From the NCBI GenBank assembly GCA_035256745.1, contig DATEXQ010000002.1, positions 1-38,480 of the forward strand: a DNA stretch of 38,480 nucleotides, in the 5' to 3' direction. Shown here in pieces: positions 1-10,600 of the stretch. The DNA is from Patescibacteria group bacterium (GTDB taxonomy: Bacteria > Patescibacteriota > Microgenomatia > UBA8517). Position 1 is the first letter of the stretch, and each line of letters starts with the position of its first letter. The translations under genes and the position numbers were made by a program. The notes below the pieces were generated by a model, which saw nothing but the letters and a program-made list of their open reading frames with translations, searched no databases and had not been told where the DNA came from.

Positions 1-2
1 GT

Positions 3-860
3 ATGGAATGGATTCCCCCAGAATTAAGAGAAGATACGGGTGAACTGGAAGCATCATTAAAAAATCAAATACCAAGATTACTGGAAAGTAAGGATATAAA
101 AGCGGATTTACAAATACATTCGGATTTTAACGTAGAAACAAGTCATGATTTGGGGGAATCTACGATGGAAGAATTAGTGGAAAAAGCAAATAATCTGGGT
201 TATGAATACATAGCTTTTACAGAACACAACCCTAGTCACAGCAGGCATTCGGAAAATCAAATTATAGATATAATAAAGAGAAAAAAGGAAGCTATTGAGA
301 AATTAAATTACTCATTAATTCAAAAGAAAGATAATAGTGTGAAAAATGTGAATAATCGAATAAAGAAAGTGTTCAATAGCCTCGAAATAGATATTTTACC
401 AAATGGCGAGCTGGCTATTTCGGACAAAGCTCTGGAATTACTGGATTTTGCTTTAGTTTCAATACATTCAAGCTTTGATCAAGAAAGAAACATTGCTACA
501 CAAAGAGTCTTATCAGCATTAAATCATCCTAAGGTAAAAATATTTGCGCATCCGACAGGAAGAAGACTAAATGAGAGAGAGGGAGTTGAGTACGACTGGC
601 TTAAAATTTTTGATGAATGCAAAAAAAGAAATATCTGGCTTGAAATAAATGCGGATCCTACAAGACTGGATTTACCGGATTTTTTGGTTAAAGAAGCAAT
701 TGAAAATAATGTTAAATTAACGTTAGGAACTGATGCGCACAACTTTCAGTGCCTTGATAACATGCAATATGGTATTTATGTTGCCAGACGGGGATGGGCA
801 ACAAAAGAAAATCTAATTAATTACCTAACAGTTGATGAATTTGAGAAAGTGATAGAATAA
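3..860 (+). CDS. polX: PHP-domain phosphoesterase, C-terminal part of a family-X DNA polymerase (5' end outside the window)
   Basis: The open frame runs from the window edge. An IPPELRE..GE linker is followed by PHP-type motifs (DLQIHSD, AFTEHNPSH, VSIHSSF, FAHPTGR, LEINA, GTDAHN), as in bacterial PolX C-terminal domains. Confidence 0.7.
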   Translation: MEWIPPELREDTGELEASLKNQIPRLLESKDIKADLQIHSDFNVETSHDLGESTMEELVEKANNLGYEYIAFTEHNPSHSRHSENQIIDIIKRKKEAIEKLNYSLIQKKDNSVKNVNNRIKKVFNSLEIDILPNGELAISDKALELLDFALVSIHSSFDQERNIATQRVLSALNHPKVKIFAHPTGRRLNEREGVEYDWLKIFDECKKRNIWLEINADPTRLDLPDFLVKEAIENNVKLTLGTDAHNFQCLDNMQYGIYVARRGWATKENLINYLTVDEFEKVIE

Positions 861-897
861 TGAAGAATAGAAATTTAAACGAAGGGTGGTGATAAAT

Positions 898-1485
898 ATG
901 ATATTAACTTGGATATTAGTAATTGCATTAATAGTAATAGTATTTTGGGTTTTTTCGACATACAACTTTTTTGTGGGTAGTAAAGCCAGAATTAAGGCTG
1001 CAGTACAAGAAATAGGTAATCAGCTTAAAAGGCAATCAGATTTAATTCCTAATTTGGAGACATCGACAAAAGGATATTTAAAGCACGAAAAGGATATTTT
1101 TAGCAAATTAACAGAAGTTAGAAAATCGGTTGAATCTGCAATCAAATCTCAAGATGTTCAAAAGATGGCTGATGCCGGAAGTAAGGTCGCATCCCTCCTT
1201 CCCGACATAAAACTTATCATGGAATCTAATCCCGAAATAAAAGGAAGCGAGGTAGTTGTAAAACTGATGGATGAATTAAGAGACACTTCGGACAAAATAA
1301 TGTATGCAAGAAGATTGGTTATAGATTTAACAGCAGACTATAACGTCAAAAGAGTTTCTGTACCATCTAGTTTTATAGCCAATTTATTTAAATTTGATGA
1401 ATTACCCGGCTTGATAACTCCACAAGAAGGAGAACATGTGGAGGTAAAAGCAGAGGAAACAAAAACGCCTAAAATAAGTTTATGA
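898..1485 (+). CDS. lemA: LemA family membrane protein
   Basis: N-terminal TM helix followed by the LemA-like stretch FFVGSKARIKAAVQEIGNQLKRQSDLIPNLE. The ATG at 898 is preceded by the SD-like GGGTGGTGA (884-892); the ORF track starts at an upstream GTG (886). The stop overlaps the htpX start (ATGA). Confidence 0.88.
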   Translation: MILTWILVIALIVIVFWVFSTYNFFVGSKARIKAAVQEIGNQLKRQSDLIPNLETSTKGYLKHEKDIFSKLTEVRKSVESAIKSQDVQKMADAGSKVASLLPDIKLIMESNPEIKGSEVVVKLMDELRDTSDKIMYARRLVIDLTADYNVKRVSVPSSFIANLFKFDELPGLITPQEGEHVEVKAEETKTPKISL

Positions 1486-2414
1486 TTAACATTTACGAAT
1501 CGGTATCTGCAAATAAAAGAAAAAGTGCAGTAATAATTGTATGTTTTATTATATTCATAGCTTTGGCTATTTATTTTATATCCCAAGCCTTTGCTTTGTA
1601 TTTAGGCTATCAACCAGGAGGTTTGGGTATCGTGGGACTAAGTCTTATCATATCGGGATTGATGAGTTTAATAGGTTATTATTATAGCGATAAGATTGTT
1701 TTAACCATATCAAGAGCTAGACCTGCATTAAGAAATAGAGATTTTGAATTTTATACAGTAGCAGAAAATTTAAGCATTGCATCGGGTATTCCAAAACCCA
1801 AGCTTTATGTGATAGAGGATAGTGCTCCAAATGCATTTGCAACAGGAAGAGACCCAGAACATGCAGTAATTTGTGCAACAACCGGTCTTCTTCAAAAACT
1901 TGATAGAACAGAACTTGAAGGAGTTATTGGACATGAAATGAGCCACATTAAAAATTATGATTCCAGATTAATGTCTGTTGTAGCTGTATTAGTAGGAACC
2001 GTTGCTCTTCTTGGTGATTGGTTAATAAGAATTCGCTGGTTTGGCGGGAGAGATGATTCAGACAGAGAAGGAAATCAATTGGGAGTTATTATGATGGTTA
2101 TAGGGATATTATTTGCAATTTTATCTCCCATTGTTGCTCAATTGATTCAACTTGCTATATCAAGAAGAAGAGAATTTTTAGCTGATTCCGGAAGTGTAGC
2201 CATAACAAGACAACCGAACGGTCTAATTTCTGCTCTAGAGAAGATAGCCTCTGATACAGAACCTCTTGAGGCCGCAAACAAAGCAACAGCACATCTTTAT
2301 ATAATTAATCCGTTCAAAGGAAAAACAAAATCGGCCGTATCTAGATTTTCCAATCTATTCAATACACATCCTCCCGTAGATGAACGCATTAAGGCACTTC
2401 AACAAATGGCATAA
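1482..2414 (+). CDS. htpX: HtpX-type M48 zinc metalloprotease
   Basis: HEMSHIKNYD (HExxH) motif, multiple TM segments and the C-terminal THPPVDERI motif. Translationally coupled to lemA, which is a common pairing. Confidence 0.92.
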   Translation: MINIYESVSANKRKSAVIIVCFIIFIALAIYFISQAFALYLGYQPGGLGIVGLSLIISGLMSLIGYYYSDKIVLTISRARPALRNRDFEFYTVAENLSIASGIPKPKLYVIEDSAPNAFATGRDPEHAVICATTGLLQKLDRTELEGVIGHEMSHIKNYDSRLMSVVAVLVGTVALLGDWLIRIRWFGGRDDSDREGNQLGVIMMVIGILFAILSPIVAQLIQLAISRRREFLADSGSVAITRQPNGLISALEKIASDTEPLEAANKATAHLYIINPFKGKTKSAVSRFSNLFNTHPPVDERIKALQQMA

Positions 2415-2499
2415 TTTGAATTATTACTACTTTTTTGTATTAAAGTAGAGAGGAAAATACTTTCTGAATACTTATGTTTAATTTAAAATTACTTTGCTG

Positions 2500-2529
2500 T
2501 TGCCTAATGTATTAAGTTGTATGTATTAT
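2500..2529 (+). promoter_or_regulatory. Possible sigma70-type promoter for gatC (TTGCCT-18-TATTAT); the -10 ends 8 nt before the ATG at 2538
   Basis: Hexamers read directly from the sequence. AT-rich context, so a chance match is possible. Confidence 0.25.
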
Positions 2530-2537
2530 ATGCTCAT

Positions 2538-2843
2538 ATGACCGGCTTAAATAATAAAGATATTACTTACATAGCAAATCTGGCCAAATTGAAGTTAAGT
2601 TCTGAAGAAATTATTAAGTTCAAAAAACAGCTATCCAATATAATAGGATATATTGATCATCTTAAGGAGGTTGATACTTCTAAAGTGAAACCCACTAGTC
2701 AAACGACAAATCTACAAAATGTAACAAGAACTGATAAAGTTGGCTCCGGATTTTCTTTAACGCAAAATGAAGCTTTATCAGGAGAAGATGACACCCATAA
2801 TGGATATTTTAAGGTTTCGGCAATTTTGGAAAAAGATCAATAA
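2538..2843 (+). CDS. gatC: Asp/Glu-tRNA(Asn/Gln) amidotransferase subunit C
   Basis: About 100 aa with the GatC-like IANLAKLKLSSEEI...IIGYIDHLKEVDTSKVKPTSQ, immediately upstream of gatA. The ORF track begins at a TTG (2517); the ATG at 2538 is more likely. Confidence 0.85.
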   Translation: MTGLNNKDITYIANLAKLKLSSEEIIKFKKQLSNIIGYIDHLKEVDTSKVKPTSQTTNLQNVTRTDKVGSGFSLTQNEALSGEDDTHNGYFKVSAILEKDQ

Positions 2844-2858
2844 CACCAATATATTATT

Positions 2859-4268
2859 ATGAAGATTAAACCTCCGTTAACTATTGAAGATACGCAAAAA
2901 GGTCTAATAAAAAAAGAATACACGGCAGTTGATTTGGTAGATTCATATTTGGAAAGAATAAAAAAATACGACAAAAGAATAAATGCTGTAATTACAAAAA
3001 CTGAAGACTTGGCTTACGAGAAAGCAAAAAAAGTCGATAAAATAATTTCCGATTACAAAGATAAAGCTTTTATAGACTATCCACTTTTGGGAGTTGTGGT
3101 TATCCATAAAGACATGTTTCTAACCAGGGGTATAAGAACAACGGCAGCATCTAATTTATTGAAAGATTATATTCCTCCTTATTCATCAACTGTTGTCAGG
3201 AAACTTGACGATGCGGGATGCATTACTCTTGCTAAGGCAAATTGTGATGCTTGGGCGCACGGATCTTCGGGAGAAAATTCGGATTTTGGTCCCACAAAAA
3301 ATCCTTGGAATGAAGAATTCGTTGCAGGAGGATCTTCCAGTGGATCGGGAGCGAGTCTTGCTGCAAATTATTGTCTGGTTACAACAGGAACAGACACCTG
3401 TGGTTCGATTAGGGTTCCTGCAAATTTTTGCGGTGTAACAGGTTTAAAACCTACATATGGATCGGTTTCAAGATACGGTGTTATTGCAATGGCTTCATCT
3501 CTTGATTGTGTAGGTCACTTGACTAGAACAGTAAAAGACAGTAAAAAAATATTTGATGTGATTAAAGGAGAAGACGAAAAGGATGCTACTGTAAAAAATT
3601 CAAACTTTAAATTTGGCAAATCGAAAATAACAGTAGGAATTCCTAAAGAATTCTTTGTTAAAGGGTTGGACAAAGAAGTTGAAAAGAAAGTAAATGAAGC
3701 CATTAATATTTTGAAGAAAACAGGAATTGTTTTTAAAGAGGTTAGCCTTCCGCATACAAAATACGGAATATCCGTCTATTATATTATTCAACCCGCGGAA
3801 GTTTCATCGAATTTGGGAAGATATGATGCAAAAAGATTTGGAGAAGAGAGACAGGAATTCGGAGATGAAGCGAAAAGAAGAATAATGCTTGGAACTTATG
3901 TTCTATCGGCAGGGTATTATGATGCTTACTATCATAAAGCAATGAAGGTAAGATCAATAATAATTGAGGAAGTAGATAAAGTCTTTAAAGAAGTGGATGC
4001 ACTAATTGCTCCTGTTGCACCGACAAATGCTTTTAAATTGGGAGAAAAAACCAATGATCCTCTTTCAATGTATTTGACAGACATCTATGCGGCAACAGCA
4101 AATTTAACGGGGATTCCATCTATTGCAATTCCTTATGGGTTTTCAAAAAACAACCTCCCATTAGGATTTCAAATCATGGGACCGAAGTTTTCCGAAGATA
4201 TGCTTTTTAATCTAGGAGGCATGTTTCAAAATGAGATTTCATGGATGCCTAATATTTCTAAACTTTAA
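2859..4268 (+). CDS. gatA: Glu-tRNA(Gln)/Asp-tRNA(Asn) amidotransferase subunit A
   Basis: Amidase signature GGSSSGSGA and full-length GatA-like sequence (469 aa). Confidence 0.95.
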   Translation: MKIKPPLTIEDTQKGLIKKEYTAVDLVDSYLERIKKYDKRINAVITKTEDLAYEKAKKVDKIISDYKDKAFIDYPLLGVVVIHKDMFLTRGIRTTAASNLLKDYIPPYSSTVVRKLDDAGCITLAKANCDAWAHGSSGENSDFGPTKNPWNEEFVAGGSSSGSGASLAANYCLVTTGTDTCGSIRVPANFCGVTGLKPTYGSVSRYGVIAMASSLDCVGHLTRTVKDSKKIFDVIKGEDEKDATVKNSNFKFGKSKITVGIPKEFFVKGLDKEVEKKVNEAINILKKTGIVFKEVSLPHTKYGISVYYIIQPAEVSSNLGRYDAKRFGEERQEFGDEAKRRIMLGTYVLSAGYYDAYYHKAMKVRSIIIEEVDKVFKEVDALIAPVAPTNAFKLGEKTNDPLSMYLTDIYAATANLTGIPSIAIPYGFSKNNLPLGFQIMGPKFSEDMLFNLGGMFQNEISWMPNISKL

Positions 4269-4272
4269 TAAT

Positions 4273-5520
4273 ATGCAGGATTTTAAAGAAATTATAAAAA
4301 ATAAAAACTTTTTATATTTATGGTCTTCACAAATACTTTCTCAGTTATCCATCAATATCATGAATTTTTTGCTTTTAATAAAACTTTTTTCAGAGACGGG
4401 ATCTACTATCGCAACGTCATTTTTATGGGTTACTTGGGCTCTTCCGGCCGTTGTAATCGGACCTTTTGCCGCTGCAAGTGTCGATATTGTGGAAAGAAGA
4501 AGAATCTTAATAATAACCAATCTTCTTCAAGCACTTACGATTTTATTTTATATTTTTGTTCACCAAACGAGAATTTTCATAATCTATGGAATAGTACTTA
4601 TTTATTCATTTTTAAACCAATTTTATGTACCTGCGGAATCTGCATCTCTTCCCTCTTTGGTTAAAGAGAAAGATTTACCACACGCAAATGGTTTATTTTT
4701 ATTAACACAACAAGCAGCTCTAATTGTGGGATTCGGAATAGCAGGAATATTAAATTCATTACTGGGTTTTAAAACATCTTTATTCATATGTTCTGTAGCA
4801 GTATTTTTAGCATTTATAAGTGTACTTTTCTTACCAAAAATAGAGGTAGAGAAAATAAAAAGTAAAAATTATGAAGAAGCATTCTTTAAATTCTTTAGAA
4901 GAATTATAGAAGGTTATACTTTTATCAAAGATAACAAAAATATTTTAATACCCTTTTTTCTATTGATGGTTATTCAAATTTCGGGTGCTATTGTTACCGT
5001 AAATTCCCCAATTATTGCAAGAGAAATATTTAGAATAAACATTAATTCTGCAGGAGTTTTATTAGTAGTTCCAGCAGGAATCGGTGCTGCTTTGTCAGCC
5101 CTGATTATTCCCAAACTAATGAAAACAAGATATAGGAAAAAGCAAATAATAGAAAAATCGATTATGTTAATTGTCTTTTCTTCACTTTTGCTTATATTTT
5201 TAGTTCCTATATTAAAAGGAGTTTTGGGAACTTTTATAGGAATTTTGATAATAATAGTTATAGGTTTTTCGTTTATTGGAATATTAATTCCTGCACAAAC
5301 CTATTTACAAGAAAAAACACCGGGTGGTATGAGAGGAAGAGTGTTCGGAAACTTTTGGTTTTTGGTAACGATTGCAACCATCTTCCCTGTAATTTTTTCT
5401 GGAACCATAGTAGAACTTTTTGGCATTAAGTTATTGCTTTTCTTGTTTTCAATGATTTTCTTGGGAATTCTTATTTTTTCCAAAAAATTAGGACAAAAAT
5501 ATTTAGAAAATGGTATTTAA
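4273..5520 (+). CDS. MFS-family transporter (about 12 TM)
   Basis: Highly hydrophobic 415-aa protein with an MFS-like N-terminus (FLYLWSSQILSQLSINIMNF..). The ATG at 4273 lies just after the gatA stop; the track ORF starts further upstream inside gatA. Confidence 0.78.
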   Translation: MQDFKEIIKNKNFLYLWSSQILSQLSINIMNFLLLIKLFSETGSTIATSFLWVTWALPAVVIGPFAAASVDIVERRRILIITNLLQALTILFYIFVHQTRIFIIYGIVLIYSFLNQFYVPAESASLPSLVKEKDLPHANGLFLLTQQAALIVGFGIAGILNSLLGFKTSLFICSVAVFLAFISVLFLPKIEVEKIKSKNYEEAFFKFFRRIIEGYTFIKDNKNILIPFFLLMVIQISGAIVTVNSPIIAREIFRININSAGVLLVVPAGIGAALSALIIPKLMKTRYRKKQIIEKSIMLIVFSSLLLIFLVPILKGVLGTFIGILIIIVIGFSFIGILIPAQTYLQEKTPGGMRGRVFGNFWFLVTIATIFPVIFSGTIVELFGIKLLLFLFSMIFLGILIFSKKLGQKYLENGI

Positions 5521-5532
5521 TATCTAAGGAAA

Positions 5533-6867
5533 ATGTATAAACCCGTAATAGGATTGGAAGTACACATAGAACTAGCAACAATAAGCAAAATGTTTTGTAT
5601 GTGCTCTGCAGATCATTTTGCCAAAAAGCCCAATACTCAAGTATGCCCAATTTGTTTGGGATTACCCGGAGCGCTTCCTTTTCCGAACCATAAAGCAATT
5701 GATGATATTATAAAAATAGGGCTTGCCTTCAATTGCGATGTGAATTTATTCAGTAAATTTGATAGAAAGCATTATTTTTATCCCGATTTGCCAAAAGGTT
5801 ATCAAATAAGCCAGTATGATATCCCCTTTTGTGTAAAAGGAAAATTTCAAATTCCAGATTCGAAGCTAGATATTCGAATAAGAAGAATTCATCTTGAAGA
5901 GGATACGGCAAAACTTCAACATCATGAAATTAATGGAAAAAATATTTCTTTGATCGATTTTAACAGAAGTGGCGTTCCACTTGTAGAAATCGTAACAGAA
6001 CCTGATTTTAGTAATGTCTTGGATGTTGTTAATTTTTTAAAGGAAGTGCAACTTATAGTACGATATCTTGGAATTTCAAGTGCAGATATGGAAAAAGGTT
6101 CAATGCGTTTGGAGGCAAACATATCTTTATCAGATAAAAAAGGGGAAGTAAAAATTAATGAACTGCCGAATTATAAAGTAGAGTTAAAAAACATAAATTC
6201 CTTTAAATTTTTAGAAAAAGCGATAAATTCCGAAATAGGAAGGCAAGAAGAAATTCTTTCTAAGGGTCAAAAAGTAAAACAAGAGACAAGGGGATTTAAT
6301 GAAAAAATAGGAGAGACATTTTCTCAAAGAACCAAAGAGGAAGCTCATGATTATAGATACTTTCCAGAACCCGATATTCCTCCTTTTTGTTTTGATAAAA
6401 AATTTATTGAAGGTTTAAAAAGAGAGCTTCCTGAACTACCAATAGAGAAAAGAAAAAGATTTAGAGATTCTTATCAATTACCTGATAACTATATAAATAT
6501 ATTGGTCTCATCCATTAACATTTCAACATATTTTGAGGAAGCAGTTGATTTGGCATCAAAACATCAAATTTCTGCCAAACTTATAGCAGATTTTATAGTA
6601 AATCAAAAACTAAATGAAGAGTTTAAAGAACCAGCTAAATTGGTTGAAAAAATTGTAAGATTGACTAAGATGGAATTCTCAACAGCAAAGGAATTAGAAA
6701 TCGCCGTAAATGAGGTAGTCAAAGAAGAAAAAAAGGCCGTTGAAGATTACAAAAAGGGTAAAGGTCAAGTATTGGGATTTTTAATGGGAAAAGTTCAAAA
6801 AAAACTTAAAGGAAAAGGAAATCCGAAAACAATACAAGAAACACTTAGAAAAAAGCTTTTTAAATAA
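5533..6867 (+). CDS. gatB: Asp/Glu-tRNA amidotransferase subunit B
   Basis: N-terminal [19 protein letters not shown] motif and a C-terminal GatB/YqeY-like tail ([24 protein letters not shown]). SD-like AAGGAAA upstream. Confidence 0.95.
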   Translation: MYKPVIGLEVHIELATISKMFCMCSADHFAKKPNTQVCPICLGLPGALPFPNHKAIDDIIKIGLAFNCDVNLFSKFDRKHYFYPDLPKGYQISQYDIPFCVKGKFQIPDSKLDIRIRRIHLEEDTAKLQHHEINGKNISLIDFNRSGVPLVEIVTEPDFSNVLDVVNFLKEVQLIVRYLGISSADMEKGSMRLEANISLSDKKGEVKINELPNYKVELKNINSFKFLEKAINSEIGRQEEILSKGQKVKQETRGFNEKIGETFSQRTKEEAHDYRYFPEPDIPPFCFDKKFIEGLKRELPELPIEKRKRFRDSYQLPDNYINILVSSINISTYFEEAVDLASKHQISAKLIADFIVNQKLNEEFKEPAKLVEKIVRLTKMEFSTAKELEIAVNEVVKEEKKAVEDYKKGKGQVLGFLMGKVQKKLKGKGNPKTIQETLRKKLFK

Positions 6868-6885
6868 CATCTTAGATAAAAATAT

Positions 6886-7608
6886 ATGTCAGAAAAGACT
6901 AATACCACTACAACACAATCATTAAAAAAAGACGAGATTGTTATTCATGAAGCCTACAATGAAAGGTTAGAAAAATTAAAAGGTGACCCTAATTTCCAAA
7001 AGAGAGTTGAATTTAATTTAAATTTAATACAGAAAGATCAAGAATTGGCTGCACGAATGTGGGCTGTTGATAATAAAGATGCAATGACAGATGCACTAAC
7101 AGAACTGCCAAACAGACGTTTTGTTTTGACAGAGTTGTCAATGTTGATAGCAAGACTTGAAAGAAAAAGAAAGGAAACGGGAAATTCAGAAACAATATCT
7201 ATCTTATTTGTAGATAATGATTACTTGAAAGATGTTAATGATGGGAAGAAAGTTTTGTCGGAGGAAGGCATAGAAAATAGCGGTCATGATCAGGGAGATG
7301 TATATTTAAAAACTACCGCCAGTTGTTTAATAATTCGTTCAGGAGATTTAGCGGCAAGATTCGGAGGAGATGAATTTGTGGTGTTATTGCCGGATACAGA
7401 TGCTAACCAAGCTATAAATGTAGCAACAAGAATTAGAGATAGCTTTAAATATAAAAAAGATACGGTTGGTTTACCTGCCTATACAGGATTAAGTATAGGA
7501 ATAGCTCAATGGACTACTGAAACAACAGCACAAGAGCTCATCAAGAAAGCAGATCAGGATATGTATAAAAGAAAAGAAGAATTAAGATTAAAAAATAAAA
7601 CTTCATAA
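6886..7608 (+). CDS. Stand-alone GGDEF-domain diguanylate cyclase
   Basis: LTELPNRR, DNDYLKDVND, GHDQGD and GGDEF (7363-7377), with an RSGD I-site five residues upstream. Only about 65 aa of coiled-coil-like N-terminus and no sensor domain. Confidence 0.9.
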   Translation: MSEKTNTTTTQSLKKDEIVIHEAYNERLEKLKGDPNFQKRVEFNLNLIQKDQELAARMWAVDNKDAMTDALTELPNRRFVLTELSMLIARLERKRKETGNSETISILFVDNDYLKDVNDGKKVLSEEGIENSGHDQGDVYLKTTASCLIIRSGDLAARFGGDEFVVLLPDTDANQAINVATRIRDSFKYKKDTVGLPAYTGLSIGIAQWTTETTAQELIKKADQDMYKRKEELRLKNKTS

Positions 7609-7609
7609 T

Positions 7610-10600
7610 ATGATGACTAAAAGTTTTGTTCATCTACATGTTCACACAGAATATTCTCTTTTGGACGGTTTAAGTAAATTAAAACCGCTTATCTCTTATG
7701 TAAAAGAAAACGACATGGATTATCTTGCAATAACCGATCATGGAGCAATGTATGGAGTTATAGATTTTTATAAGTTGGCCAAAGCTCAAGGTGTTAAACC
7801 CATTTTAGGTATAGAAGGTTATACGACAAATATTAATCATAGAGAAAGAGGAGAAAGGGAAAAAATACAAAATTTCCATATTATTCTTCTAGCCAAAAAT
7901 AAGGAAGGTTATAAAAACTTAATGAAATTAACGTCAATTGCACATCTTGAAGGTTATTACTATCGTCCCAGAGTGGATAGAGAAACACTAGCCAAATATT
8001 CAAAGGGTTTGATTTGTACATCAGCATGCCCTCAGGGTGAAGTCTCGCAAGCACTGATAAATGAAGATCATGAAAAAGCCAAAAAGACTGCTCTCTGGTA
8101 TTTGGATGTCTTCGGTGAGGATTACTATCTTGAGGTACAAAGACATAAATATGCTGATTTTGTCTCAGCAATTAAAAATACAGAATTAAGAGCCTCTGTT
8201 TCTAAAATGGCAGATAATGAGGAAATAATAAATAAAGGTATCTTAAAATTAAGCAGAGATCTGGCAATTCCTATTGTCGCCACAAACGATGCACACTATA
8301 TAAAAAAAGAAGATGCCACAGCCCAAGATGCTTTAGTTTGCATAGCAACGGGGAAAAATACTACTGATATAAAAAGACTAAGATTTATTGACACTCCTGC
8401 TTTTCATATCACAACACCAAGTGAAATGTATGAACTTTTTTCTGATATGAAAGATGCTGTTGAAAATACTATAAAAGTAGCACAAAAATGTGAATTGGAA
8501 TTAACTTTGGGAAAATGGTATTTCCCGGAATTTCAAGTACCTGAAAATACGAACCCTGAAAAATATTTGAAAAATCTTATATATGAGAGATTCCCACAAA
8601 AAATAAAAAATATTACCAAAGATATTAAAAAAAGACTTGATTATGAGATTGGAATAATTACCGATAAAGGTTATGCTCCTTACTTTTTAATAGTTACAGA
8701 CATGGTGAATTGGGCCAATAATCAGGGAATTATTACTAATACCAGAGGTTCTGTTGCCGGTTCACTGGTTTCTTTCGTTTTGGGTATAACAACAGTTAAC
8801 CCACTTAAATATTATCTTCCTTTTGAAAGGTTTCTAAATCCTTTTAGACCATCGCCTCCGGATATCGATTTCGATGTATCGGACAATAGAAGAGAAGAAG
8901 TAATAGAATATATTTGCCAAAAGTATGGGAAAGAAAAAGTTGCACAAATTTGCACTTTTGGAAGAATGCTTTCCAGGTCATCTGTAAGGGACGTTGCTCG
9001 AGTACTGGGGTATGAGTATAATATCGGAGATAGAATCGCCAAATTGATTCCACCCCCCAAACAGGGATTCCCGATAACTATCCCTAAAGCATTAGAAGAT
9101 GTAGAGGAATTGAAAGAACTTTACGATAATGATAAAGACGCCAAGAAAATATTAGATTTGGCTGTTCAAATTGAAGGGAATGCCAGACACTTAAGCGTTC
9201 ATGCAGCAGGTTTGGTTGTAGCCCCAAAAACTCTAACAGATTTTACTCCTATTCAGAAAGAACCTTCGGGAGAAAAAATAATTACACAATATGAGATGCA
9301 TTCTTGTGAGGAGGTAGGACTTATTAAGTTTGACATTTTAGGTATCAGAAATTTGTCGATATTGGGATCAGCTGTGGAAATGGTTAATAAAGTGGAAGGA
9401 AAAAATATTGACCTGACTAAAATTCCTCTTGATGACAAGAAAACTTTTAACATGCTAGGTCGTGGAGAAACAATGGGAGCGTTTCAGTTAAGCGGAAGCG
9501 GTATGACCAAATATATCAAGGACTTAAAACCAACCAGAATTGAAGATCTTATGGTAATGGTGGCTTTATATAGACCGGGACCTATCGCGGTAATTCCAGA
9601 TTATATCAAAAGGAAAAGAAATCCCAAGCTTGTTAAATATCTGGATCCGCGAATGAAGAAATTTCTAGAAGCCTCATATGGTCTTTTGGTATATCAAGAC
9701 GATTTACTTTTTTGCGCAATAGAACTGGCAGGTTACAGTTGGGAGGAAGCCGATAAATTCAGAAAAGCCGTGGGAAAGAAAATTCCGGAAGAAATGGCTG
9801 CACAAAAAGAAAGATTTATAAAAGGCGTTGTTGAAAACGGTCAAACAAAAGATTTCGCTGAAAACCTTTGGAAACTATTTGAACCCTTCCAGGCATATGG
9901 ATTTAATAAGGCTCATGCAGCAAGTTATGGAATGGTTGCGTACCAAACTGCCTATATGAAAGCAAACTATCCCGTTGAGTTTATGACGGCTCTTCTTTCA
10001 GCGGAAAGTTCGGATAAAGAAAAAGTAACGACAGCTATAAATGAATGTAGAAGAATGAAAATTAGTGTACTTGCTCCTGATATAAATGAAAGCGAAGAAG
10101 ATTTTAAAATAGAGGAAGATAAAAAATCTTTAAATAAAAAGGCTATTAGATTTGGATTAAATGCAATTAAAAATGTCGGGGTTGCCGCTATTGCGGCCAT
10201 TCTCGAAGCAAGAGAAGAAGGACCATTTAACTCATTTGCGGACTTTTTGTCTAAAGTTGATTCAAGAAGAGTAAATAAAAAAGTTTTGGAAAGTCTTATA
10301 AAAGTCGGTGCTTTATCGAAATTCGGAAAAAGAGCTACTCTTTTATCCTCAATAGATGAGATAAGAGATAAAGTAGGTAAAAAGGTCAAAAATGATCAAC
10401 AGGGTCTTTTTTCACAGGAGGATATCGGTAAAAATTCTAAATCTTTAAGCAGTATGAATTTAATAGATATACCTGAATTTCAGGAAAAGGAACTGCAAAA
10501 TTTAGAAAAAGAACTCTTGGGATTTTCACTTTCGGGTAAACCTCTCGTTGAACTTTTGGGAAATCTTGAAATTAAAGCAAGTCATAGGATAGAAGATATT

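Noticed and set aside
1483-1485. Possibility of TGA recoding (genetic code 25 or 4), as in some candidate phyla.
   Set aside because: TGA closes lemA, ruvC and other ORFs exactly where the homologous proteins should end and where the next gene starts. All conserved genes are intact under the standard code.
2427-2448. A hairpin CTACTTT-N8-AAAGTAG downstream of htpX, considered as a possible intrinsic terminator.
   Set aside because: The 7-bp stem is AT-rich and has no following U-tract on either strand, so it is not convincing as a terminator.
3193-3438. Alternative-frame plus-strand ORFs inside gatA (3193-3438) and the MFS gene (4320-4664).
   Set aside because: They are embedded in confidently identified genes in another frame, and their composition is Arg/Cys-rich and low-complexity.
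9967-10389. A 140-aa minus-strand ORF inside dnaE. Similar long antisense ORFs lie at 10582-10911, 19155-19496, 28458-28796 and 36021-36347.
   Set aside because: They lie entirely antisense to well-supported conserved genes. Their Phe/Ser/Leu-rich composition is typical of the reverse complement of Lys/Glu-rich coding sequence, and they carry no motifs.
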